NCBI RefSeq assembly: GCF_006345805.1
Contig: NC_042999.1
Span: 138,694,001 to 138,758,000 of the forward strand
Direction: 5' to 3'
DNA length: 64,000 bases
Source: Octopus sinensis
Lineage: Eukaryota
The translations under genes and the position numbers were made by a program. The notes beneath the pieces are model-generated. The model saw only the letters and a list, made by a program, of their open reading frames with translations. It was not told the origin of the DNA and did not search any database. The first letter of the stretch is position 1; each line of letters opens with the position of its first letter. Of the stretch, positions 52,201-64,000 are shown in pieces.

Positions 52201-55200
52201 AAAAAGAAAGAAAAAGAATAAAAGCTGCCTAAACTAATACCTCTAAGACCATTATGACTCTAACAATAAGGTCACAGATGAGTAGGCAAGTAGAAAGGAA
52301 AATGTGTGGTGGAATGTGCCGAACAACTTAAAATAAATAAAGCTGTGCTGCCTGGAGTAAGAAAACAACCGAGGAAACCTTGTGACAGTACGGCTTGATT
52401 CCTGAAACGCATTCTATTTTTCAATCATGAATACTGAAGTTGGTGTGCCTGATCTACAATCTTTACATCTGTAACTGAAAGTAGAATGACTGATTCCGGT
52501 GTTAAGATATTTCAAAGGGACTAATTCAATGATACAGTCTGTCTATGCTTCTGCTTATTTTAGCACTGTCATGTATTTTACGAAAATCTATTGGTTGTTT
52601 ATACCCTAGGATTTACAACAATAGGAGACACGAATGTAACCCATCATTTCTTTGTAGAGGAGCTAAGATTTACGATGTAAATATTAAAAAAGGCTGAGAA
52701 ACAGCTGGATATATAAGAGCAAATTTCTATATTCACGATAAGGGAAGTGAGTGGCAGGAACAGTAGGATGATGGATTAAATGCTTCGCAGTAATAAGTTA
52801 ATCCTAGGCCTCTGGAAAATTAGACTCAAACCCAAATCTATCCATTTGCAAAAAAAAAAAATAATAAATAAATAAAATAGAAAAACAAATATCCCCAAAC
52901 ACCATTTGGCTCACTGATCGATGAAAACAATATTCTTCCCAGGCATGCCATATAATAATAGTGAAGATTCTATAGAAACTGTACTTCTCTGTCTTCGGAC
53001 AACCACGACATTCGGATAATTTTAGCCAAAAAAGAAAAAAACTCCCTATTGGAGTGAGGTATGATGTTCCAAAAGATGACTTAACAGATTACTCTAGATG
53101 GTGATATTAAGTTAAGAATGGCCTGGGCTATTACTGTCCGAAACATAAATATGTTAACTAAGTTATCCTCTTATGTCCTAAGTTCAATCCCATATAAGTC
53201 TACGCTATCTGAGATAATTTCAGAGTCGATAAAATTAAATACTAATCTAGTACTGGTGTGGATTCAATCGACTGTACCTATCCTTAAAATTTGTGGACAT
53301 GTGCCAATACAAGAATCATTATAATAATTACCTTGCAAAATGAAATAGTTATATAAATTCCTGAAATACCACAGATCTGCATTTACGATTCAGATAAAAT
53401 TAGATGTGTAATTAATAGTTAATGTGGAATTAAGAAAACAATTAATGATATATATATTTACGAAGTTGCAGTATCAAAAATATTTCCTAAACTTTTCTGC
53501 TTTATAAAGCCGAACTATAAATGTTCTCTTCTGAACAATTCTGGAAACTGTATTTTTTTTTCCAATCAAACTCTCCTACTAAACACTTAAGTATAATTTC
53601 GAAAAATTTTAACATTTTGTAACGTGTACCTTTAGACGCTATAGTTCTGGGGAATAATATTCGGATCTCAGTATGTGTCAGTTCTTGCTTGTAGACGTTA
53701 CATATTTTTGGCCTTGGGGAATGATGCACTTCACATATTTTCTTTTCTTCTTCCAAAACAACAACTGAGATTTCATGTCTATATGTATATTTATACACTT
53801 CTATATGTATTTTCAACGGACCGTTAAAAGAAAACTGCCATCCTTTAACATGATAGTCGTAAGACAAAATATAATGCACAAAATCAAGCCAATAAGACGA
53901 CCTTTTTGTCATCATTCAAATTGCTAAGAACAGCAGCTAAACCTCTCTCAAATCACATCCTCACAGTCAAAAAGACATACAAGATAATGTAGCCCTAACT
54001 ACATTGTTCTATGGAAAAAAAATTCCGATTGTCGCCGCAGGGACATCTTTGATTATGGGGCTGATCTGGTGCTATACATCACTAACATATCATACAACAT
54101 TAATTTATCGATATATCGCAGAATTAAAATATGTTGAGGCAACTGTATAGACACAACATTTTCTCATGTTAGAAAGAGGGAGGGTGTATATTTTTTATAT
54201 AGAAAAGTTATGCATTTCAAATGCAAAGATAGGACATCGTCCAATCAGATTGAAGTAATGTGAGTTAATTAACTGTTGAGACACTGCAAAATGATTGAAA
54301 AAATACTATATTAACACATGGTCAAAGATCTTAACATTGCATATTTTGTACTTAAATCCTAAACGTGAATGTTATAAGAGGAAACAAAACGGATGTAAAA
54401 AAATAAGATGATAAAAATCGTTGATACGTGCCGAAAGGTACAGAGCAGCAAGGGAAAAGAAGTAGGATATTCAGATCAAACAAACTGCTTAGTCAAGACT
54501 CTCATGATAATTGTTATTTAGCTCTAGGTCAGCCATAACTGAACAAAGATATTCCAGCAGTAACTATCCCGTCTTATAAGACATAATTTATTTCAGATCA
54601 CATTACACACGTCTGCCATTTTTTAAAGGATGATAGCAATTTGAGAGATTTGGTGGCTATTTTTAGCAGATCGAACAATCGTGTTGAAGCTGCTTCGTTG
54701 ACTTGTTGTGATTGTTAATTTCTGGTTGTAAACGCCTAAAGCTTATAGTTTTCTTTTCCAGGAATATTTACAAAGTTCCCACGAAAGATTTTTTGATAAA
54801 GTACATTTTCACACGAACCGACTGTTTCACATTAAAATTTAGAAGGAAGTGTTTAGGAAATAACTACAATTATATTGACAAATATTTTTGATACAATAAG
54901 ACATAGAAGCTTAAATGTACCAAACGTCACTATAACACTTATATACTCCTTCAAATATTAATTTAACATTAAGTTAATAAATACAAATTTTACTTCAATG
55001 ACAATATAATATACAAAAATTCAAAACCAACTCTTTGAGAGTATTTTATACATGTAGAGGTGCGTTGAAAACTCATAGATAAATTAATATCGCAATGAAA
55101 CATTTGCAGACATTGAAGGAATTTGCTTTTAGAATGTGGGATGAAATTTCAGCAAGGCTGAAGTTACAGCTGATTAAATGGTTAGAGCATCGACGTACAA

Positions 55201-56651
55201 AACGGTTCAATGATCCGTATAGTTCGCTGAACTCCTCGCTAAAACACTCCCTTGCTCCCCAACTAGAGAATATTGTTTACACATAGAAATTTGATACTCA
55301 CTAATGTATTGCCTTCGTATTATAATATCTACAATCAGTAACAGAATTTGATTTTGGAGGGGAAGGCATTTTCTTCTTTCGCGGATTTCATAAAGGTGGG
55401 ATTTTATATAGTTGATTAAATCTAATCTACAAGTATTCATACTTGTTTTATCAACCCCCAGAAATGCAATAAGTAAAGGTGGTCTTGAAGCCGACTAAAT
55501 ACTTGCCAGAAATAAGTCGATTAACTCAATCCTGAATTTTTGTGTTCATAATCTTGTTGGGAGCCACTGTTATTTTACTTTACTCGGATTATATTAGTGT
55601 TAGTGAAGGTCGAATCAACTAACTACATAGTGTTTTCTTTTGACAAAATGATCATTTGTCAATTTGTGGATGACGTGAAATTTCTGATTGTTGAGTAGGA
55701 CATTCACACGACATTTACGATATTACACCACGCCTGTGTATGGTGTAATATAGTGTTGAACTGTAAGCACAGCAGCCATTACACGTAGTCTAGACCAAAA
55801 GATTGACTGAGATGATTTTGGGCTTTAAGTTGAGACTGGATATTAGAAGAGATTTCATTACCTTCTTCATACCTACAAGAGGCTTTCACTTTATCACTGC
55901 TCTGCAAACTTACGAAAATCTTGTTAATTATACAGAAATCCTGATATTCTCATCTGAGCTGTACTAAGTCATAGCATCAATTTCTATCCAGAGAGATTGA
56001 AGCAATGAAACTGAAATGGTTTATCGATGGGCATAGTGCAGTGCGTTTAATTTCCCCTTATCAACGACCTATAATATGCTCTATTGCAAAAATGAAATCA
56101 AATCCTTCACCACCGAGTGCTAATTAGAAGAAAACACTTCACAGTGGGATCAACTTCATCATCACCACAACAATCATTATCATCATGATCATCACTGTCA
56201 CTATGATGCAAAGCATCCATAGAACTACCAAAAGAAATAAATTATCAAAAAATTTATCAGATTTTAAAATATTTGCACACACACGCACATACACCCATGC
56301 ATACAGCTACAAGTACACACGCGCACGCGCACACACATACGCACACACACACACACTTGCATACAAACAAATAAACACATAGACTGCAATGATCTTTTGA
56401 AGATATTGTGAGCCAGACTTTCTTATCGTAATGAAGTTATTTTAATTGGTGTTATGGCGGAGGAGAGAAGAGTGTTAGAAAAAGAAAATAAAAAGAACAA
56501 GAAATTTCAATAGCATCAAAACAAACGTGAATCAAGAATGACAACAGCAACACCAGCACCACGGAGAAACATTTCAGTAAAACCGACATCTTGTTTTCCA
56601 TTGTACTACATTACATTTCAACAATAGCATTAGATAATCAGTCCCACTTAC

Positions 56652-56827
56652 TTTCTTTTCTCTGCAAGTTCTTTCAGGTCGATTCCACTAGGAATATACG
56701 CAAATGGCTTTTGATCTTTGTTCTTCAACATGGTGTTTAACAAAGCGCCCGGAACTTTCCCACTGCTTTCCTGGTCAGATGTACCATTACCATACTGATT
56801 CATCGAATTCTGGCCATGATCAGGCGC
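56652..56827 (-). CDS. Upstream exon APDHGQNSMNQYG...KDQKPFAYIPSGIDLKELAEKR(K)
   Basis: ttattatatctttatAG|gcgcct...agaaa|GTaagt; 176-nt open frame ending in phase 2, in frame with 44420 and 28149. Confidence 0.8.
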
Positions 56828-57906
56828 CTATAAAGATATAATAAATTGTAATGTATAGCATAAGAATATTTAAATACATACAACGATCTAACGCACACTT
56901 CCATTCTTGTTTAGCTATTATTCAACACCATTCAAATTCACATATATAGACAATTGCAATGTTCAGATACAGATGCAGTGTCACATAAATTTACTTTTAA
57001 TTTGAGTGGTAGAATTTACTCGTCGTCGGGTTAACGCCACCACCTGGTCATTGAGTACTTTTGTTAGAATGCATCCTATTGATAGAATTCAGACCAGGTC
57101 TCTGGTTTGATGAAATCCTGTTTCCTTCCTCTCACCAGTCTCGGAAGCTTTGAAGAAATGTAAAGCAGTAAGTAACGCCCTTCTCCTCTAATTAATAAGT
57201 AGATTCTCTTAGCTTTTATAGTAGATTGAAATACTAAATAGAACCCATTGACTTTAATAAATGACGGCCAATTATTTAATCTGAAAGGATGCAAGCCAAC
57301 GTTGACTTTGACTGAATTTGGGCACAGAACGTAGAAGAATGAAAGTATATAACGCAAGGCTGATGCTCCACCATTTGCAATTCTTTTCAGCAGTACATGC
57401 ATTTCAAAGGTATCAGGAAAACTGATAAAATCCTTCAGCTTATGATATAAACGAGCTAAAAATCTAGGAGGCAGGTTTTGTCTTAAGCTGTTACATCATA
57501 GACACACAGATCCATTTCAAGCAGAACAGGAATTTTTTATGTGGTCCTGAATTTGTTTAATGTACTAAAATCTGTTTGACAAAGGAAACTACTTTAAAAT
57601 CATAAATAAAGAGAATGACATTTCCTACAATAATTGTTATTACCCAATATTGAGTGGGGAAATGATTCTTAACAAGGACAGCAGCTCAATGGCACACTCT
57701 AACATGATAACAGCACACTGGTGCTACCCAACACTTGACATCAATTGACTGATATAAACCAACATGGACAAATATCGTGGTAACAACTACAAAAATAATT
57801 TTACAGGCTTGAAAAATATATGAAAATCGAAAACTGGAAAATGAAGAAATTGTATGTTTATAATTCACCAAGCAACAGCGCCAGTAACACACTTCGATTC
57901 TCTTAC

Positions 57907-58010
57907 AAATAGGAAGATAAAGCAAACCAATCCTCTATTTAGGAATATTTGAGTCAGTGAGCGAAAGCTATACGCAGCTGCTCGCCTTGCTAGAAACAGC
58001 TGCAAAATCC
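57907..58010 (-). promoter_or_regulatory. Candidate upstream promoter or non-coding exon with E-boxes
   Basis: CAGCTG at 57975 and 57997, TGAGTCA at 57950, minus-strand donor ttt|GTaaga at 57907. Confidence 0.25.
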
Positions 58011-58122
58011 CCTTGAAGGTACATACATATTGCTGTCTTAATCTTTCGCAGCCCACAAAACCTCTGCATCAACTAGTTTCATCCTCTAAATGCATCTGTA
58101 ATCGACACAGACACACCAAACA

Positions 58123-58184
58123 TGTATGTATGTATGTATGTATGTATGTATGTATGTATGTATGTATGTATGTATGTATGTATG
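58123..58184. repeat. (ATGT)n microsatellite
   Basis: Directly visible. Confidence 0.95.
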
Positions 58185-58983
58185 TTCTCTTCCGTTTTTA
58201 ATTATTTGAAATCTTTTTCTAAGGAAGGAACTGGTTTCTAACAAAAATACGAAGCTCCGTCGTTGGAGTGTAGAAAACAAAAACAAATTCACATTGAGAA
58301 AAAAGTCTTGCATATTTTTACTGTTCCACTTACAGACTGTATTTGTGATGTGCGAATTAGCTAAGTTGATTCGTTTTTCTGAAAACCCTAGCCCTACACA
58401 CAAAAATGACCACGTAGAAACCAGAAGGGAGAACTAAAATCCATCAAAAACAAGAACAACTAACAATTAATCAAGCTAATGAAATATTTAAAGTTGCTGC
58501 CTTTAGACAAACAAATATTTAGAGGGAACATAACAACAGATGGAGTGACAAAACTAGTAGAATGCCTTTTGCAATTTAATTCTGTCTTAGCTTTCAAAAA
58601 TACACCGTAGTCGATATTGTTTATATCCCTGTAGAGTCAATTAACACGTCCTCCAAAAGGTGAATCCACAGCTGCTGCAGTTATTCTACTGGCTGAGTAG
58701 ATAGGAACACTGCGAAATGAATTATATTGCTGAAGGATACAACATATTACTCGCCCCGAAAATAGAACCTCCAACTTAACGATCGTGAGTCCAACAGTCT
58801 AACCCATAGCCCGCGTGTCTTCACCCTAAGTACTGAGGGTTATATAATTACATTGTAGTCAACATTGTTTTTTTTATCTCTCTCGGATCAATATATTATG
58901 TTCTTGTCTAGTATTGGAATCTAAGAACACTGAAGCAGTGCTTCAGCATGTTCGCAGCCCTATACATTGAAACCACTTAAAAG

Positions 58984-59088
<105 letters not shown>

Positions 59089-59422
59089 AAGACCATACAT
59101 TCCATTGGATAGTCGATATTTCTTCAAACATTTTAAATACTTTTAAATACATTCTTGAAACTTAGAAACAAGTTTTCTTCAAAAAAAAATTGGGCGAAAA
59201 TATTTAAAGCTAAATCATTTTTAACAGCAATAATTGTTGAATTGTACATATTGTTGATAACCCTAGGAGATTTGTGGTGGTGGGAGATTGTTGTAGGGTG
59301 TAGATGTCTTCTTTGGAGTGCAGTAAATAGTTTAATAGTGAAATAGGAGGAGAAAGAAAAGACACTGTAGGAAGAAGAATGAGGATGAGGAGGATGAGGG
59401 TGAGAGGCAGCAGTATCAGAAG

Positions 59423-59424
<2 letters not shown>

Positions 59425-59457
<33 letters not shown>

Positions 59458-59610
59458 GAAGAAGAAGAAGAAGAAGAAGAAGAAGAAGAAGAAGAAGAAG
59501 AAGAAGAAGAAGAAGAAGAAGAAGAAGAAGAAGAAGAAGAAGAAGATGATGATGATGATGAAGAAGAAGAAGAAGAAGAAGAAGAAGAGAAGAAGAAGAA
59601 GAAGAAGAAG
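59425..59610. repeat. (GAT)n(GAA)n(GAT)n(GAA)n trinucleotide repeat
   Basis: Directly visible. Confidence 0.95.
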
Positions 59611-60277
59611 TTAAGGGTAAATCTTATCTGGAAATTTGATGTAGAATGCAAAAGCAACAATAATTAATAAAAAAAAAAAATAATAAATTACGAAATAATG
59701 CTTGGCTAACTTGAAGGTTTGGGCGTTGTCAAAACATATATATGCACACACATACATGCATACATACGTATACACTCACATATACAACCATACACAGATT
59801 CATTCATACACACATATACACACACATCACTTATTCACTTAAACTTCTCAGGCATCTTTGCATTTACTTATTTACTGCTGTTGTTCGATTATTTATTTAT
59901 TGCTGTTGTTTTGCCACCTCAGCAACCCAAGAAACGCGATTTCTTCCTTTACGAGTCTGGAAGGCACTGCAAAGGTTATAAATGCTACCTTTCCTGTTCT
60001 GATAAAGCCACACAGTCAACATTTAATTTCCTATCATGAAAACAAATGCAATTAACATTAGTCAAGGGATAAGAACACGTTTTATAAAGAAGGTTCATTT
60101 GGATATTCTACAGTATATATATACATATTTTATCAACCTGGAAAAGATGAGAAGCAAATCTGACCCCGAACTGAATTTGAAATCCGAACCTAGACCAGAG
60201 AAACATAATATGATTAAATAAGGAGAAAGATAACACGATCAAATAATATAAAATTCTATTTAGCACACACAATCACG

Positions 60278-60282
<5 letters not shown>

Positions 60283-60351
<69 letters not shown>
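60283..60351. repeat. (CA)n microsatellite
   Basis: Directly visible. Confidence 0.95.
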
Positions 60352-60353
<2 letters not shown>

Positions 60354-61178
60354 AATCACACATGCACACACCCACACATCATCATCATTACCATCATCCT
60401 TAGGGCGGCAAGTTTGGAGAAGCAGTAAGGCTTACAGTTAACTCATGTTAGACCTAATCACAGGCATATTATACTCCTACCGAAAAAACCAAACGAAGAA
60501 CCAAAATACAAGCAACAAAGGCTCCAACTGTTCTTCTACTATCATAAAATAAAAACAGGAAAGAGAAGAAGCAGAAGAATACAGAACCTATAATCTGACC
60601 TTTTCAACAATGCCGCACACCATTACAATGGTGAATTATTAAGAAGTGGCTTCAGTGAAAAATTTATGTGCAACGAACGGCCCACACGAAAACAACAAGC
60701 AAAAAGAGAAACATCATCTGGTATACCAGATGATTTTTCATTCTCCATAGTGTATGAATATAACTTCAAATATAAAAAGAACGTCCCTGTCCATCCTGAT
60801 AAACAAACACTGCCACAGTGCACAAGTACCACAAATACTTTAACAAAATCAACGTAAAAACTAGCTACAGCTGCTTACATAATATAGACTCCCAGCTCAC
60901 TGTAATAAAATACTTGAATTCATATACTATCCCAACAGTCTAAATGGAACTGTAGAAATACATCAAGATTTTCACGTTATGGAAATGCTTATTGAAAGTG
61001 TTTGTATATAAGAAGAAAACAGCAAACATTCTTGAAATGGTCGCACAGAGCTTACACAGAATAGCTATAAAACCAATACATAGACGGTATACATTTCTTC
61101 ACATTTATGGTCAGAATCAACTCAACGTCACAATCCAATCTAAAGAGGAAAAATCGAAAATATCCCAATAAAATAGAG

Positions 61179-61691
61179 TACCATAAATCCTCGAGTATAG
61201 TCCGCTTTTGAGTATAACACGCAAGGGATTTTTAGAGGGCTGTACCTCTGAAAAACCTAAACCTTGTGTATAATACGCACCCCTTCTCTAACTTGAGTCA
61301 AGGAGGTCTATATAACGTCCTTGGTTTGTAAAAATGTATACGGTAACGTACTTTATTATTATTGTATATATAACATAATGCAAATGTGTAGCATTTTTGT
61401 GCATTTTGTTTGCAAAAACTAAAGAGATAACAGTAATAACATTTAATAAATGTTGCTTACTGCAAGTTATGGATGATTCTTTTGACTTCATCGCTTTCAG
61501 GTTTAGCTTAAGGTATTTTCGCGGCCGACATCACAAAATGCGTGTAAATAAACATTGCTGGACAGCAAATAGAGACTTGAACATAGCTCAGAAAATAATT
61601 TTCATTTTTAACTTCGTGTATAATACGCACTAGGTATTTTGACCTTGAAATTTTGGGAAAAAATGCGGATTATACTCGAGGATTTACGGTA
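61179..61691. mobile_element. Second copy of the TA-CCGTA MITE
   Basis: Collinear with 5157-5679; same TIRs. Confidence 0.85.
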
Positions 61692-61996
61692 TTACAAGAA
61701 AAAAACGAACAAAGAACAAAAATGAAGCTAAACCATTCGTAAACGGAATGCATAATTACAACTTGTACATCGTGTAGAGACGTTATACTTTAATAACAGC
61801 AAGCATAATAGTTGCTATATGCCTCCACAGGAAAATTACTTTCTAATAAATCCGCATATAGTTCTATTACGTAAACATTTATTGTATCCTTACCGAGGAT
61901 CATGGAGAACTAAGAGTTATCACCCACTAACTACCTAAAAATACTCCTGGACACAAAAACCATCACACTGCATTTACCTGGTTTCTCTAATGCAAA

Positions 61997-62395
61997 TCTT
62001 TATATATAAAAGTCAAGTTGTGTGTCTGTCTCCTACGATTTAGATTCCTAACTACTCCCACATTTTGCGGTGCAGTTTAACCAAAACCGAGTATCTTATA
62101 GTCGTGATTCATATCGAGCCCTTCTGGGTATTAGCGCGCGTCTACGATGAGTCTACGATTTAAAAAAAATTTACCATCAATTTTTCACATTTTTAATGCA
62201 TTTTTGGCATATATAAGTAATTTGGAAGTAACTCTCTAAAAATGTATTATTAAATCTCAGAACGTGAAAAGCTACAGTACCCCCCCCTCCTTTGTGGTTA
62301 GCCATATTGAGATGGCTATTATACTTTACATCTCTAAAAATGCTTATATAGTTATTTCCCTTACAAACCCGAGCAACGCCGGGCGATACTGCTAG
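61997..62395 (+). mobile_element. Helitron-type element, shorter variant of 36648-37153
   Basis: TC start, near-identical 5' arm and 3' hairpin plus CTAG. Confidence 0.85.
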
Positions 62396-62569
62396 TAACA
62401 TATAAACCTATCGTGTAGTGACTTCCAGTGACGATTACTCCATCCATTTTGGTTGTCACTTGAAACTTGGTGCCAAGTGTGAAACTCTGAATAGGAATGG
62501 GGTGAATCACCAGCTTCGTACAGATAAATGCACTCTACAATATGCATCAATCATTCTTTAATTCCTTTC

Positions 62570-62785
62570 AAGGCGGCAAGCTGGCAGAAACGTTAGCACG
62601 CCAGGTGAAATACTTAGCGGTAGTTCGTCTGTCTTCATGTTCTGAGTTCAAATTCTGCCGAGGTCGACTTTGCCTTTCATCCTTTCGAGGTCGATAAATT
62701 AAGTACCAGTTGCATACTGGGGTCGATCTAATCGACTGGCACCCTCCCCCCAAATTTCGGGCCTTGTGCCTAGAGTAGAAAAGAT
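62570..62785 (+). mobile_element. Family A SINE with alternative tail
   Basis: attctttaatt on both flanks (TSD-like); tail ggccttgtgcctagagtagaaaag. Confidence 0.85.
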
Positions 62786-63054
62786 TCTTTAATTACTCCC
62801 TGAAACACACATCCACACACACTTGCATGCGAATACGTACACACGCATACTATTTGGCACACACACACACACACATGCGTATGATGGCTCCCTCATCGTT
62901 TGCTCTATCAACTAAAGAAAGAGTTATGTTATGTAAGTGGCTGAGTATTCCACAGACCTATGTACACTCAACGTAATTCTCAGGCCAAATCAGCGTCACG
63001 CAATATATGACAATGCTACACCCATGATTATGTATGTATGAATGTATGTATGTG

Positions 63055-63386
63055 AAGGCGCATGGATCAGTGGTTAGAGCGTCGAGCTTACGATCGTGAG
63101 GTTGTGAGTTCTATTCCCGGACCGGGCTGCGTGTTGTGTTCTTGAGCAAGACACTTTGTTTCACGTTGCTGCAGTTAACTCAGCTGTAGAAATGAGTTGC
63201 GACGTCACAGGTGCCATGCTGCATCAGCTTTTGCATTTCCCTTGGAAAACATCGGTGGTGTGGAGAGGGGAGGCTGGTATGCATGAGCGACTGCAGGTCT
63301 TCCATGAACAACCTGGCCCGGACTTGTGCCTCGGAGGGTAACTTTCTAGGTGCAATCCCATGGTCATGACCAAAGGAGGTCTCCTC
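63055..63386 (+). mobile_element. tRNA-derived SINE, family D head, followed by (ATGT)n
   Basis: aaggcgcatggatcagtggttagagcg...gagttctattccc head. Confidence 0.75.
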
Positions 63387-64000
63387 ATGTATGTATGTAT
63401 GTATGTATGTATGTATGTATGTATGTATGTATGTGTGTATGTTTGTATGTATTTTACAGATGTAATGTTTTCGAAAACAAACTCCACCTACGCTAATTCA
63501 ATAGCTCATTCATATTGAATTAGCGAACGCTGCGTTTCTTTGCCAAAGCATTAAATCTGTAAAATGCAACAATTTGCGTTATGGTAATCTTTAACACGCA
63601 AAGTCTCTTCTTTGTATTCTTGACATGCCGTCCTTTCTTCATTGCCATTTACTATTTCTATCTTGTTCTCCCTATCATTTTCTCCCCAACACCCTCGATG
63701 TTCCTTTACATACTTCTCTTGATTCTTTACCTGATCTTTCCACGCTTTCTCTCGTTCACAATACCTTTACACATTACCACCTCCACTGTGGGTCAATCCC
63801 ATAATTCTTCTTCTCCATTTTGTCTTTTCGATTGAAGATTTCGTTGTAGACAGATGCTCTTTCATTCTCGTCATTGATTCCAATAATACGAGGTCTTAGT
63901 CCGTTCTTTTGTTTTGTGCTATATTTTATCCGTACATGGTCAAAAGACCATCGCTTGTGTATGTGTATGCATACGAGTGTGTGTGTTTGTACATATGTGT

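Noticed and set aside
57136-57147. 12-nt microexon candidate LPRL
   Set aside because: AAG acceptor; upstream phase unknown.
59133-59660. Poly-Ser and poly-Lys ORFs
   Set aside because: Trinucleotide repeat.
60879-60899. 21-nt AG/GTAAGC segment
   Set aside because: Stop in phase 0; cannot be linked to the 56827 exon.

Overview
AT-rich, repeat-dense eukaryotic DNA. The SINE families and microsatellite load look like octopus (inferred, not proven). One large minus-strand gene spans most of the window: a PDZ-LIM/Zasp-family gene. It is recognised by the Zasp-like motif IHGQYNSPLGLYSAE (exon 27793-28149) and the PDLIM-type ESEVFKLINE...KQSLSFKVLQWMTD segment (exon 19164-19390). Hand-reading splice sites gives a phase-consistent chain 56827-56652 > [44420-44385] > [28476-28459] > 28149-27793 > 19390-19164 > [14804-14745] > 3617-3522 > exon starting at base 9. 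There is also an alternative ATG-bearing first exon at 43285-43185 and a frame-shifting 11-nt microexon candidate. Several of these exons are absent from the ORF track. I found neither a PDZ nor a LIM domain in the window. Introns hold several tRNA-derived SINE families, three Helitron-type elements, Tc1/mariner and MITE remnants, LINE fragments and two kb-scale patterned purine arrays. CpG content switches sharply at about 31-32 kb, suggesting a methylation-domain boundary. The long ORFs in the track are repeat artefacts.
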